IMG/VR virus record: IMGVR_UViG_3300028377_000012
Location: 1 to 60,450 of that record
From: a virus
Taxonomy: Duplodnaviria; Caudoviricetes
Length of the DNA: 60,450 nt
Direction: 5' to 3' (one strand)
The number at the start of each line of letters is the position of its first letter. The first letter of the stretch is position 1. The notes below the pieces were generated by a model, which was given only the letters and a program-made list of their open reading frames with translations, was not told the DNA's origin and did not search any database. Shown here piece by piece: positions 29,532-39,542 of this stretch. The position numbers and the translations under genes were made by a program.

Positions 29532-29951
29532 ATGAAGCGCGAATTTAAATTTAGAGCATGGTATAAGCCTGATATTGAGATGGGCAAACCGATGAAATTT
29601 GTTCAAGCATCTTATGACGACCAATTATGGTTTACCTATGAGGAAGATTTAAAAAATAAGATGAAATATGCCTTTGAATATCCCTTTGAGTCTATTTTTA
29701 GTGATGATGACTGGATAGTTGAACAGTTTACGGGATTAGTTGATATAAATAATGTAGAAATATATGAGGGTGATATATTTAAAGGTGGTGAATATAAATG
29801 GGGATATGTTAAATATACAGATGGTGAATTTACAATAAACTTGAGGGGAGCTAGGATATTTACGTTGAATGAATTATGTTGTGATATAGATCACCCACTC
29901 CCATTAGTTATTGGGAATAGATATAGTAATCAAAAATTATTAGATGAATAA
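29532..29951 (+). CDS. YopX family protein
   Basis: KFRAW, QFTGLVD.N..EIYEGDI, VIGN. Confidence 0.85.
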   Translation: MKREFKFRAWYKPDIEMGKPMKFVQASYDDQLWFTYEEDLKNKMKYAFEYPFESIFSDDDWIVEQFTGLVDINNVEIYEGDIFKGGEYKWGYVKYTDGEFTINLRGARIFTLNELCCDIDHPLPLVIGNRYSNQKLLDE

Positions 29952-31431
29952 TGATTTAAAAATATCACATTATAAGGGAAATAGATGTAGATTGGATATT
30001 TCACATCCCCAATTTGATCTAATCAAGTATCATTTCTCGTATAATAATCCAAACGCTTCTTTTTCTACTAAAGATAATATGCCAAAACGTTTATATAGCA
30101 TTTCTAAATCAGGAATGTGTGACATTGGACTGATATTAGAGATATATAAGTTTATTAAAGAGAAGCAATGGGGGTTTAAATTAAATTTAAGTGATAAAGT
30201 TAAGGGACAATTAGTTAATTCGATTCCGTATGATATTATCGATATTCCTAACACTGAGTTTAAGGGGCGTGATTATCAAATAGAGGCAGCAGAAATAGCA
30301 TTTAAGGTAGGTAGGGGCATTCAGCACCTTGCAACATCAGCAGGTAAAACACTATTGATGGCAATCATGCTTGAAAGTATTTTTGCACATGAAAAAGATA
30401 TGAAATGCTTGATTGTGGTTCCGAATATCGGATTAGTTAATCAGACATTTGATGATTTTAAAAAATATCGGTGTTCATTTTCTTTTGGGAAGTGGTCAGG
30501 TAAGGATGAGCTTGATGATACAAATAATGTTACCATTGTAAACACTGGATTTTTACAAACTGATCTAAACAACGATAATGGAAAGATAACAAAGGCTGAA
30601 ATTTATTATCCTTTATTTAAATCTATCAAAATACTTATATATGATGAAGTTCATGTATTTACTTCTGATAAATATCCTAAAGCATCTAAATTACTTAGAT
30701 GCTTTGAGTATGATCACACATTTGGATTCACTGGTAGCTTACCAAAGCATAGTTTTGAACGCGATAGAATTATTGGATTCTTTGGTTCGGAAATTTATAC
30801 AAAAACATCTAAGGCATTGCGCGACGATGACTATATTACTAATGTTGAAGTTAAAATGGTTAGGTTTAACCATAATGATCCATATAAAATATATTCATTC
30901 AAAAAAGGGGGAGGCCAACATGCAACAAAGAATTACCACAATGAAATAGAGCATATATTTCAATCGGAATTTAGGAATAATAATATTAAAAAAATTATCT
31001 CATCCTTAAAAGGAAATGTTTTAATTTTAGTTGAGCGAATTGAACAAGGTGAATTATTAAAAGAAAAACTTGAGATGGAAGGTAAACAAGTATTTTTCAT
31101 CAGCGGTAAGATGAAAGTTAAAGACCGTAAAGGAATCATCAATATCATCGAAGAAAATGAAAATGTTGTGTGTATTGCAATGAGCGTAATCTTCTCAAAA
31201 GGTATATCTATTAATAATCTACCATATCTAATGTTCTGCTATTTAGGTAAAGCGTATGCTAAAACGATTCAGTCGGTTGGGCGTGGACTAAGGTTACATG
31301 AAAGAAAAAATATTTTGATTATATTTGATTTATATGACAATCTATTGTATAGTAAAGACCATGCAGAAAAAAGAAAAATAATTTATGATGATCAACAAAT
31401 TAAATATGGAGAATTTCAAGTGAATGAGTGA
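29944..31431 (+). CDS. uvsW: SF2 DNA helicase UvsW
   Basis: RDYQ, ATSAGKT, DEVH, GFTGS, FSKGISI, QSVGRGLR. Confidence 0.93.
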   Translation: MNNDLKISHYKGNRCRLDISHPQFDLIKYHFSYNNPNASFSTKDNMPKRLYSISKSGMCDIGLILEIYKFIKEKQWGFKLNLSDKVKGQLVNSIPYDIIDIPNTEFKGRDYQIEAAEIAFKVGRGIQHLATSAGKTLLMAIMLESIFAHEKDMKCLIVVPNIGLVNQTFDDFKKYRCSFSFGKWSGKDELDDTNNVTIVNTGFLQTDLNNDNGKITKAEIYYPLFKSIKILIYDEVHVFTSDKYPKASKLLRCFEYDHTFGFTGSLPKHSFERDRIIGFFGSEIYTKTSKALRDDDYITNVEVKMVRFNHNDPYKIYSFKKGGGQHATKNYHNEIEHIFQSEFRNNNIKKIISSLKGNVLILVERIEQGELLKEKLEMEGKQVFFISGKMKVKDRKGIINIIEENENVVCIAMSVIFSKGISINNLPYLMFCYLGKAYAKTIQSVGRGLRLHERKNILIIFDLYDNLLYSKDHAEKRKIIYDDQQIKYGEFQVNE

Positions 31432-32119
31432 AAAAAATAAAAAAATAGAAAAGCGCGGGAGAAAGCGGGGGAAATACTACATCGAGAATGATGATCTTGT
31501 ATCAGCAGTCCGTCATTTTTATAAGACAGATGAAGCTACGACCGAATTAGGTAATTATATTATAAAGATTGTGGATGGGGTTGCCCATATCCCATCAATT
31601 ATAAATTATTTTAAAGAAGATAACCCATGGGGTAAAGAGATGCGCAGTGATGCGTTATTTAGGATCTGGAAGTCTATATCTGACCGTGGTTGTAAAATTA
31701 TTGCAGAAGAAGACCTCAATAAACCCGAATATAAACTCGTAAAGACCCCAGTGTATATAAAAGACCTTATGGGTCGCGACATAGTTGACAAACATGGTAG
31801 TAAGGTGCAGAAACTTAATACAAATGGTAAAAAAATGTATAATGAACATACTGAACCCGTGTATGTAACAGATAAAAAAACTAAACAACCAATATTAGAT
31901 GATGATGGGAATAAAATACACCAGCTAGTAGCTCAGAATAATTTATTCGGGTATTTTTCTAGGATTGCGTGGCGAGCGTGTATTGGTAGGATTACAGTTG
32001 AAAAGAAGAACCAGATGATTGAAGAATCTTATAAGAATAAGGTATTTGAAGAATTTGGCGAAGATTTTCATATAGTTTTTGGAACGGAAACAGAAAACAC
32101 CGATAATGATAGCTATTAA
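31424..32119 (+). CDS. gp55: Late sigma factor (gp55-like) with an insertion
   Basis: YYIEN, LGNYIIKI, EMRSDA, NLFGYFSRIAW..I..EKK; upstream of gp47. Confidence 0.8.
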   Translation: MSEKNKKIEKRGRKRGKYYIENDDLVSAVRHFYKTDEATTELGNYIIKIVDGVAHIPSIINYFKEDNPWGKEMRSDALFRIWKSISDRGCKIIAEEDLNKPEYKLVKTPVYIKDLMGRDIVDKHGSKVQKLNTNGKKMYNEHTEPVYVTDKKTKQPILDDDGNKIHQLVAQNNLFGYFSRIAWRACIGRITVEKKNQMIEESYKNKVFEEFGEDFHIVFGTETENTDNDSY

Positions 32120-33146
32120 TTCAAAAAAAGTTGCACTGATTGGTGATATACACATTGGTGTGAATAAAAATTCAGAGGAATACTTTGAATTGACTAAAAC
32201 ATGGATGAAAATGTTTATTGATGAGTTAGTATCACGTAAAATTAATACTGTATTCATTTTGGGCGACTGGCATCACTACAGAGATGATATTTTGGTTAAA
32301 ACCTTAGACGTTTCATCTAAAATTATGAATATGTTTCCTAAAAACATCACAATTCATATGATCACTGGTAATCACGATTGTTATTTTCGCGATAATTCTG
32401 AAATTCATTCACTTAGAAGTTTTAATGAGTGGGAAAATGTTAATATTTATGATGAAGTTACAGAACTGAAGATTGTTGGCGATAAAACAATCACTTTGGT
32501 TCCATGGGGATGCGATATTAACACAATTCAACCGTCAGAATATGTATTTGGCCATTTTGAAATCCAAAACTTCAAATGGAATTCATTTTCTGTATGCGAA
32601 CATGGCCTAGATAGCTCAGACTTGCTCAAAAACGGGGTAAATATCTATTCTGGGCATTTTCACAAGTATCAGACTAAAGAATACAAGAGAGGGTCTATAA
32701 CATACCTTGGAAGCCCGATCCAACACAACTTTAATGACGTTGGAAATGAAAATGGGTTTCATATCCTTGATTTAGATTCTGGTGAACGAGAATTCGTCAC
32801 AAATGACGATATGCCAGTATATAAATACATAAAAGTTTCAAAAATTAAGGATGATTTAACCAAAGAAAACATCTGCGGTAACTTTATTAAGCTGTTTATT
32901 GATATAGATGGTGTTACAGAGGGTAAATTAGATAAACTCTCGGCTAAAATCCATCAGCATTTGCCTAGATCATTGGTAATTGAGGATAAAACTTTGAAAA
33001 AGGATATTGACAATCGAGAATTTGATGGTATAATAGAGGTGATAGATATATCAGGATCATTTAAAGAGTATATTGATACGTTGGATATCAAATACAAAGC
33101 AGAAACACTTGAAGCAGTAAAAAAATATTATGAAACCACAAAATAA
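32106..33146 (+). CDS. gp47: Mre11/SbcD-like recombination nuclease
   Basis: GDIHIG, LGDW, GNHD, GHFE, SGHFH, YLGSP. Confidence 0.93.
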   Translation: MIAINSKKVALIGDIHIGVNKNSEEYFELTKTWMKMFIDELVSRKINTVFILGDWHHYRDDILVKTLDVSSKIMNMFPKNITIHMITGNHDCYFRDNSEIHSLRSFNEWENVNIYDEVTELKIVGDKTITLVPWGCDINTIQPSEYVFGHFEIQNFKWNSFSVCEHGLDSSDLLKNGVNIYSGHFHKYQTKEYKRGSITYLGSPIQHNFNDVGNENGFHILDLDSGEREFVTNDDMPVYKYIKVSKIKDDLTKENICGNFIKLFIDIDGVTEGKLDKLSAKIHQHLPRSLVIEDKTLKKDIDNREFDGIIEVIDISGSFKEYIDTLDIKYKAETLEAVKKYYETTK

Positions 33147-33458
33147 AAAAATAATCATTCAGATAAAATCATTATCTGAAACAGACTACCCATCAACTGA
33201 TTTTATATTAAGGGTTAAAATTAATAATGATGCACAAGATGATCTATGGAAATATCTATATGATTATGATAGTGACAGTAGCCGATGGAATCGAGTGAAA
33301 AAAGTATTTAGCTATGATGAGGCGCACGAATTTGCAAAACAATTTAAAACATATCAAGATATCTTAAATTATCAAGATAAAAATAAAAAATATCAAAGTA
33401 ATTATACCGAAGATATTTACATCGAAGAATAAATTATGAAACCACAAAATAAAAAAAT
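33127..33458 (+). repeat. 26-bp direct repeat (33127-33152, 33433-33458) flanking one gene
   Basis: attatgaaaccacaaaataaaaaaat occurs twice; first copy is the gp47 3' end. Confidence 0.85.
33130..33432 (+). CDS. Hypothetical protein
   Basis: 100 aa ORF between the direct repeats. Confidence 0.65.
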   Translation: MKPQNKKIIIQIKSLSETDYPSTDFILRVKINNDAQDDLWKYLYDYDSDSSRWNRVKKVFSYDEAHEFAKQFKTYQDILNYQDKNKKYQSNYTEDIYIEE

Positions 33459-33657
33459 GGCAAACCTATCCAAGAGCACCAAGGGTAAGTTTTTTACAGT
33501 AGAACATCAACGCAGAAATAAAATTCAGCGTTATTGTGCAAAATTGGTAAGCGAAACTGACAAGTTTATTACAATTTTCGACGTTAACAGTGGCGACAAC
33601 CACAAGATGAACAAGAGTTCTATCGTATCAGTGAATTGTGGTAACTTTACCGCTTAG
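33436..33657 (+). CDS. Hypothetical small beta-barrel-like protein
   Basis: 73 aa; true start may be MANLS. Confidence 0.65.
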   Translation: MKPQNKKMANLSKSTKGKFFTVEHQRRNKIQRYCAKLVSETDKFITIFDVNSGDNHKMNKSSIVSVNCGNFTA

Positions 33658-33705
33658 TTACGGCAATCGTTCCAATATTATCACACACATATCAATAACA
33701 AAACT

Positions 33706-34143
33706 ATGAATAACAAAACTATGAATACAGGAAGCGAATCTAAAGAAGATACCATTAGCGATGAAATGATGTTATCTAAGTTTAGAGAAAAAAAGTGGCC
33801 AGATGTTGTAGATTTCAGCATCAGACATTTTTATATGTTATGCTGTAATGTAACGGATGTTCGAAATTCTGTCAATTCAGGCGAACCCCTTGGATGTAAT
33901 TTTGATTATTCTTTGGCGAAAGTTAAGGTAGCTATCACTAATGCTGTAGCAAGCGATAATTATGTTGATGAATTTAACGAACCATCTATCGAATTTTTGA
34001 AGCATATTGATAAATATGATAATGAACCTAGAGAATTTCTTAAACATGCAGCAATATATATTCAGGCTATAAATGATACTAATGAACCAGTAGATTGGGT
34101 TCATCCGAAACCTGTTGGCGAAACTACTCCAGAAATTAAATAA
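33706..34143 (+). CDS. Hypothetical protein
   Basis: 145 aa ORF. Confidence 0.65.
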   Translation: MNNKTMNTGSESKEDTISDEMMLSKFREKKWPDVVDFSIRHFYMLCCNVTDVRNSVNSGEPLGCNFDYSLAKVKVAITNAVASDNYVDEFNEPSIEFLKHIDKYDNEPREFLKHAAIYIQAINDTNEPVDWVHPKPVGETTPEIK

Positions 34144-34147
34144 TAAT

Positions 34148-34330
34148 ATGAAAGATATACCATCAGTAGTTAAAGATTTAATCAATGTTCTGGAACATCA
34201 CGCATCAGATAATCCAGATGAATACGTTAATCCACATTTTTTGTTGGGTATGCACGACTTATTAGAAGAACATTATGATATTGATAATGATGAAATCTAT
34301 GAGTATGTCCAATCTATGGTTAGTTTTTAA
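34148..34330 (+). CDS. Hypothetical protein
   Basis: Small acidic ORF coupled to the next gene (TAATG). Confidence 0.55.
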   Translation: MKDIPSVVKDLINVLEHHASDNPDEYVNPHFLLGMHDLLEEHYDIDNDEIYEYVQSMVSF

Positions 34331-35133
34331 TGATAAACGGTAAAAAAATTGGGTTAGGCGTAGTCACATGTGATCGAGTTGATTACTTTGCAAAATCTAC
34401 GTGGTCCATTATAGACAATTTTCGCGACCTAGATTATGTAGTGTTCGTAAATGACGGACAACCACTTAAATCTACGGAGTTTTTGGTCAAAGGATTTCCA
34501 AAACGCGATTTAATTCAACATACACCGCCATATCAAAACGTAGCCACAAGTAAGAATGATATTATTCGTAATTGTTTAAACAATGAATGTGATTATATTT
34601 TTATTATGGAAGATGATATGGTAATTCAATCGCCTGATGTATTTAATGCTTATATAACCGCAATGGAAGAGTCAGGTATCCAACATATGAACTTTGCCCA
34701 TCACGGTCGAGCAAATTATATTGGAAAAGAATTAAATGTTAGATTAACCGCAACGTATGAAAACTCGTCAGTTGACTTTTTTCCAAATTTGGTTGGATCA
34801 TTTAGTGTTTATACCAATACGTGTCTCAAATCTATTGGATTGATGGATAACAAATATAATAATGCGATGGAACATGTCGATCACACATATATTGCATGTC
34901 GTAATGGGTTTCACCCACCCTTTTGGTGGTTTGCAGACATCACAAACTCTTTAGATTATGTGAAAGAGATTGAGGGTAGTATCAACAATTCTACAAGAGT
35001 TGGCGATAGATCGCATGACGAGATAGAGACCATTAGATATTTTGAAACAAAACAGGGATTACATGTTAGTAAAATACCTAACGTTACACGCGATGAATGC
35101 GTAAATTTTTTAAAGAAAATAAAGCCAAAATAA
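34330..35133 (+). CDS. Glycosyltransferase family 2
   Basis: GVVTCDR, VNDG, VATSKN, YIFIMEDD, EHVDH. Confidence 0.85.
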   Translation: MINGKKIGLGVVTCDRVDYFAKSTWSIIDNFRDLDYVVFVNDGQPLKSTEFLVKGFPKRDLIQHTPPYQNVATSKNDIIRNCLNNECDYIFIMEDDMVIQSPDVFNAYITAMEESGIQHMNFAHHGRANYIGKELNVRLTATYENSSVDFFPNLVGSFSVYTNTCLKSIGLMDNKYNNAMEHVDHTYIACRNGFHPPFWWFADITNSLDYVKEIEGSINNSTRVGDRSHDEIETIRYFETKQGLHVSKIPNVTRDECVNFLKKIKPK

Positions 35134-36368
35134 TGATATATTTACTATGTAGCACTATTAGACCAAATGTATTTTCGAAAACACATAAAGTGTGGATCGA
35201 TAGATGTAAAAATGTCACAAATATTAAAACGAAAGTTGTTGTTGATCATGCTGATCATGCTGATATACTTAAAGATTTTGATACATTGATATACACAGGT
35301 GGAACCAAGGGTATTACAAAGCCATTAACGACTTTAACTCAGACGTTAACATACTTAGATGACGACGATATTATTGTTGTTATGTCAGATGATTATTTTC
35401 CACCTCAAGATTGGGACATATTTTTAATTAACAGATTCAAAAATTATACAGGTGCTATTAATATTTATGAGGGTCGCCCACAGGTTGTCCAAGATAATAT
35501 CGTAACGATACCAATTATGGACGTTAAAACACTTCGTAAATTGAATTATGTTGTATATCATCCCGATTATACCCATATGTTTTCTGATAATGAACTGCAT
35601 GATGTATTAAGTGAAATGGAATTATTAAAAAATTGTAATTCGACAACTCCAAGATTTGAACATAAACATTGGTCATTGGGTGGCAGAACTTCTGATAGTC
35701 ATGACAAAGCATTAACTAATGCTTTGCATGTAGATAAAAAAATATATGAACAGCGTAAACGATTACCGCTAGTTAGAAAGTTAGAGTATACAATAGTAGG
35801 TAACGATTGTAAAATGTTATCAATCTTAATATGTTCATTGAATTCAAGACATCATCAACTAGAACAATTAATATCATCTTTACAAAAACAACGAACCCCA
35901 TCGGTTGAGATTTTAGTATGTAAGGATAATGGTGAAATGACTATTGGTAAAAAGCGCAATTACCTTCTTAAAAAAGCAACTGGTAAATATATTTGTTATA
36001 TTGATGACGACGATTCTGTTGCAGATAATTACATTCAATATATTTTATTAGCTACACAGATGGGATCAGATTGCATAGGGATTGAAGGTATTATCACAAC
36101 CAATGGTGTGAACCCTATGAAATTTATACATTCCGTAGCGTATAAAACTTGGGAGACTGATCGCGCTAATAAAACTTATCTACGGTGTCCAAATCATTTA
36201 AATCCAGTGTTACGATCACTAGCATTGAAGGTTGGTTTTGACGATAATAAATCTAATGGAGAAGATGCGGATTATAGTAATCGGTTACGATCATTATTAG
36301 TCACCGAAACATATATTAAGCGACCTATATACAATTATATTTTTACTACAGGTGTTAAAAATTACTAA
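35133..36368 (+). CDS. Two-domain GT-A glycosyltransferase
   Basis: Domain 1 VVMSDD, FSDNEL, FEHKH; domain 2 LSILICS, IGKKRN, YIDDDD, GEDAD. Confidence 0.85.
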   Translation: MIYLLCSTIRPNVFSKTHKVWIDRCKNVTNIKTKVVVDHADHADILKDFDTLIYTGGTKGITKPLTTLTQTLTYLDDDDIIVVMSDDYFPPQDWDIFLINRFKNYTGAINIYEGRPQVVQDNIVTIPIMDVKTLRKLNYVVYHPDYTHMFSDNELHDVLSEMELLKNCNSTTPRFEHKHWSLGGRTSDSHDKALTNALHVDKKIYEQRKRLPLVRKLEYTIVGNDCKMLSILICSLNSRHHQLEQLISSLQKQRTPSVEILVCKDNGEMTIGKKRNYLLKKATGKYICYIDDDDSVADNYIQYILLATQMGSDCIGIEGIITTNGVNPMKFIHSVAYKTWETDRANKTYLRCPNHLNPVLRSLALKVGFDDNKSNGEDADYSNRLRSLLVTETYIKRPIYNYIFTTGVKNY

Positions 36369-37000
36369 TGAAAACATATTCACAAGATAAACAGGACATT
36401 ACCTTATATACTAAGGTGTTTAATGATAAATTAAACGGATTTTTTATAGAAATTGGGGCAAATGATGGCATTACATACAGTAACACATTTTTTTATGAAC
36501 AGCTAGGGTGGAGTGGAATATGTGTTGAACCACACCCCGTTGCATTTGCAAAATGTGTTGATATCAGAGATGCCAGCCTATGTCAGTCAGTAAATGTTTG
36601 TATATCGTCAATAATACCAACTGTAAGATACCTACAAGTAGATGGGCCACCAGAAATGTTATCTGGCATATTAGAATTTTATGATGACAAGCATTTAAAT
36701 CGTGTAAATTTAGAAATTAAAAGAGATGGTGGTAGTAAAGCTATACATATTATTGAATCACTAACCTTCCCTCAGCTATGTGAAAAATACAACGCCCCAT
36801 CTCATATAGATTATTTATCAATTGATGCTGAAGGTGGAGAATTAGATATTATAAAAACAATCGACTTTATAACACATACATTTGGTATTATAGGCTGTGA
36901 AAATAATTTTAACACAATGGAATTAGAAAATTATATGAATAGTGTTGGTTATAAAAAACTAGGAACAATCGGAGCGGACGATATTTATGCAAAAATTTAA
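36368..37000 (+). CDS. FkbM family SAM-dependent methyltransferase
   Basis: YSQ, FIEIGANDG..YSNT, GICVEP, IDYLSIDAEGGE. Confidence 0.9.
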   Translation: MKTYSQDKQDITLYTKVFNDKLNGFFIEIGANDGITYSNTFFYEQLGWSGICVEPHPVAFAKCVDIRDASLCQSVNVCISSIIPTVRYLQVDGPPEMLSGILEFYDDKHLNRVNLEIKRDGGSKAIHIIESLTFPQLCEKYNAPSHIDYLSIDAEGGELDIIKTIDFITHTFGIIGCENNFNTMELENYMNSVGYKKLGTIGADDIYAKI

Positions 37001-37709
37001 ACATATATCTTTCGCAACGTCTAACATGTATGGAACGCAGCGTGAGCTTATAGAATCTATTACTAACTATGGAATTGAATCTATAGAATATGGTGAAAAT
37101 TCTATAGATTCAAAATATACAATCGACTATGCTCACATATTAAACAATTTTAATTGTAGAGGTGGTGGATATTGGCTATGGAAACCATATATAATATTAG
37201 ATCAGATGAATAAGTCTAATGAAGGGGATGTTATAATGTATACAGACGCTGGTATGTGTGCTATATCTGACCCTAACCAGTTATTATGCGTATTAGATAA
37301 TAACTGGTTGGGTTTATTTAACATGGATATCCCACTTATTAAGTATACTAAGCGCGAGTGTTTTAAAATTTTAGGATCTGATACCGTAGATTATCACAAT
37401 TTACCATTTGTAGATGCATCGGTGATTTTAGTCAAGGTGTGTAAACAAAGTCGCGATTTTATGTTAGAATATCAACATCATTGTGAAAATGATCAATGTT
37501 TAACTGACATCCCAATGGATCGTAATATACAATATCCAGAGTATATGGGCGATCATAGACATGACCAGTCAATTTTATCTATATTAAGCCTAAAATATGG
37601 CATGACGTATCATAGAATGGCATCTCAACATTCACAAGGGTGTGAGATAACTTATAATAACTCACCGTATCCACAAATATTTAATCACCACCGTAAACGT
37701 AGTCAATGA
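36987..37709 (+). CDS. Nucleotide-diphospho-sugar transferase-like protein
   Basis: GGGYWLWKPYII, MYTDAG, HRHDQSILS. Confidence 0.7.
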   Translation: MQKFKHISFATSNMYGTQRELIESITNYGIESIEYGENSIDSKYTIDYAHILNNFNCRGGGYWLWKPYIILDQMNKSNEGDVIMYTDAGMCAISDPNQLLCVLDNNWLGLFNMDIPLIKYTKRECFKILGSDTVDYHNLPFVDASVILVKVCKQSRDFMLEYQHHCENDQCLTDIPMDRNIQYPEYMGDHRHDQSILSILSLKYGMTYHRMASQHSQGCEITYNNSPYPQIFNHHRKRSQ

Positions 37710-39532
37710 TAAAATTTATAAAAGTATCTGCAAAGAATTTTCTATCAATAGGAAATATCCCAATCGAAATTACTTTCAAAGATGGTTTAAATATCATTAC
37801 AGGGATTAATCTAGATAAGGATAGTCGTGGAAATGGAAGTGGGAAATCTGCCATATCATGTGATGCCCCATACTTTGCAATGTTTGGAAAAACTCCTCGT
37901 GGACTCAATAAAAATGATGTAGTCAATAAACGTAATAAAAAAGACACCGAAGTTATTTTAGAATTTGTTAAAGATAATAGCACCTATGTCATTACACGCA
38001 GAATTAAGCTATCAGAGCTTATTTTATCGTGCGATGGTAAGGATATCACTAGGGATAGTATTGCCAGCACTCAAGCGGATATAAACGACCTTCTAGGCGT
38101 GTCTGAGGATATCATTAAGAACTCAGTTATCATGGGTATTAACCAAACTGTCCCATTTATGGCACAGGGTAAGGTTGAAAAGCGCAAGTTCATCGAAGGA
38201 ATCTTTGATATGACAGTGTTTTCAGAGATGCTAAAGAGCGCACGTAGTGATTATAACGATACTGCAAAGCAATTAACATCAATTTCATCGGAAGTTGCTG
38301 AAAAAGAGAAGAGTTTTGGAGTGTATAAGTCCCAATTTGAAACATTTGAAGAATCAAAACTTAAAAGAATCATCCAAATTAAAGAAAAAATCGTCGAGCT
38401 TAAGCCTAATATTGAAACATTAAAGTCTCAGAAGCAAGATGTTGATGAACTTGACAAAAAATTGGGTAATATGTTGAAACAAGAGAACGAAATTGACACT
38501 ACGATTGACATCCTTACCCAAAAAATCACTGAAAATATTGAACCGAAGAAACATGAGTCAACAAAGCAGCGGTATGAGATTCAATCTGATATAAACTCTA
38601 TCAAAAGACAAATTGATGGTGCATTTAAAGATAAAGTTTGCCCAACATGTAATCACGAAATGACAGACGACGATTTAACGCATGTAAATAATCATATTGA
38701 TAAACTAAAGAATGATATCATTGGACTACAAGTTACATTAAAGGATAATTCTGAATATATCACTAAGGTTCAAGCAGTTGAACAACAAATTAAAGATAAA
38801 ATTCGAGAACACCAATCAGAAAAGCAACTATTGTCTAAACAACAGTCCGAAATAGATAAGCTCATTACATATAACGCTGTGATTGATGACAAAATTAGTG
38901 ATATTGAAAAACAAATCGATAGTTATAAGGAAACAGCCAAGGAAATCTCCGAAGAAACTAACGATTTAGAAAATATTATTAAGAAAACAGAAATTGACTT
39001 AGAAACTGGTAAAGAAACTATCCAAGGACATACTAAAACCATGGATATTTTGGAGCAAGTTAAGTTTATATTTGGTGAGAATGGTGTAAAATCATATATT
39101 ATCAATAAGATGCTTAACATTTTCAATAGTTCAATTAATAAGTATCTCGACAAGCTTAATGCCAACTGTGTAGTGACATTTAATGAATTTTTTGAAGATA
39201 CGATTATTAATGATAAAAAATATACATGTTCTTACCAGAATTTCTCTAGTGGTGAGCGAAGAAATATTGATATTGCAATTATGTTTGCGTTTATGGATTT
39301 ACAGAAACTTCAAGGAAATTTTGATAGTAATCTAATTGTAATGGATGAGGTTATTGATGGTGCGTTAGATTCTAGTGGGGTAGAATACTTTATTGACATA
39401 TTGCAAAATATTGTTCTTACAGAAAAAAAGTCAATATATATTGTTACTCATAGAAAAGATGTATCTAATTTTGTGACAGGCGAATCCATTGAAATTGTCA
39501 AAGAAAATGGCATAAGTAAAAGAAAAATATAA
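37706..39532 (+). CDS. gp46: Rad50/SbcC-like recombination ATPase
   Basis: KNFLSIG, NGSGKS, CPTC zinc hook, FSSGE, VMDEVID. Confidence 0.95.
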   Translation: MIKFIKVSAKNFLSIGNIPIEITFKDGLNIITGINLDKDSRGNGSGKSAISCDAPYFAMFGKTPRGLNKNDVVNKRNKKDTEVILEFVKDNSTYVITRRIKLSELILSCDGKDITRDSIASTQADINDLLGVSEDIIKNSVIMGINQTVPFMAQGKVEKRKFIEGIFDMTVFSEMLKSARSDYNDTAKQLTSISSEVAEKEKSFGVYKSQFETFEESKLKRIIQIKEKIVELKPNIETLKSQKQDVDELDKKLGNMLKQENEIDTTIDILTQKITENIEPKKHESTKQRYEIQSDINSIKRQIDGAFKDKVCPTCNHEMTDDDLTHVNNHIDKLKNDIIGLQVTLKDNSEYITKVQAVEQQIKDKIREHQSEKQLLSKQQSEIDKLITYNAVIDDKISDIEKQIDSYKETAKEISEETNDLENIIKKTEIDLETGKETIQGHTKTMDILEQVKFIFGENGVKSYIINKMLNIFNSSINKYLDKLNANCVVTFNEFFEDTIINDKKYTCSYQNFSSGERRNIDIAIMFAFMDLQKLQGNFDSNLIVMDEVIDGALDSSGVEYFIDILQNIVLTEKKSIYIVTHRKDVSNFVTGESIEIVKENGISKRKI

Positions 39533-39542
39533 ATAATTCAAT

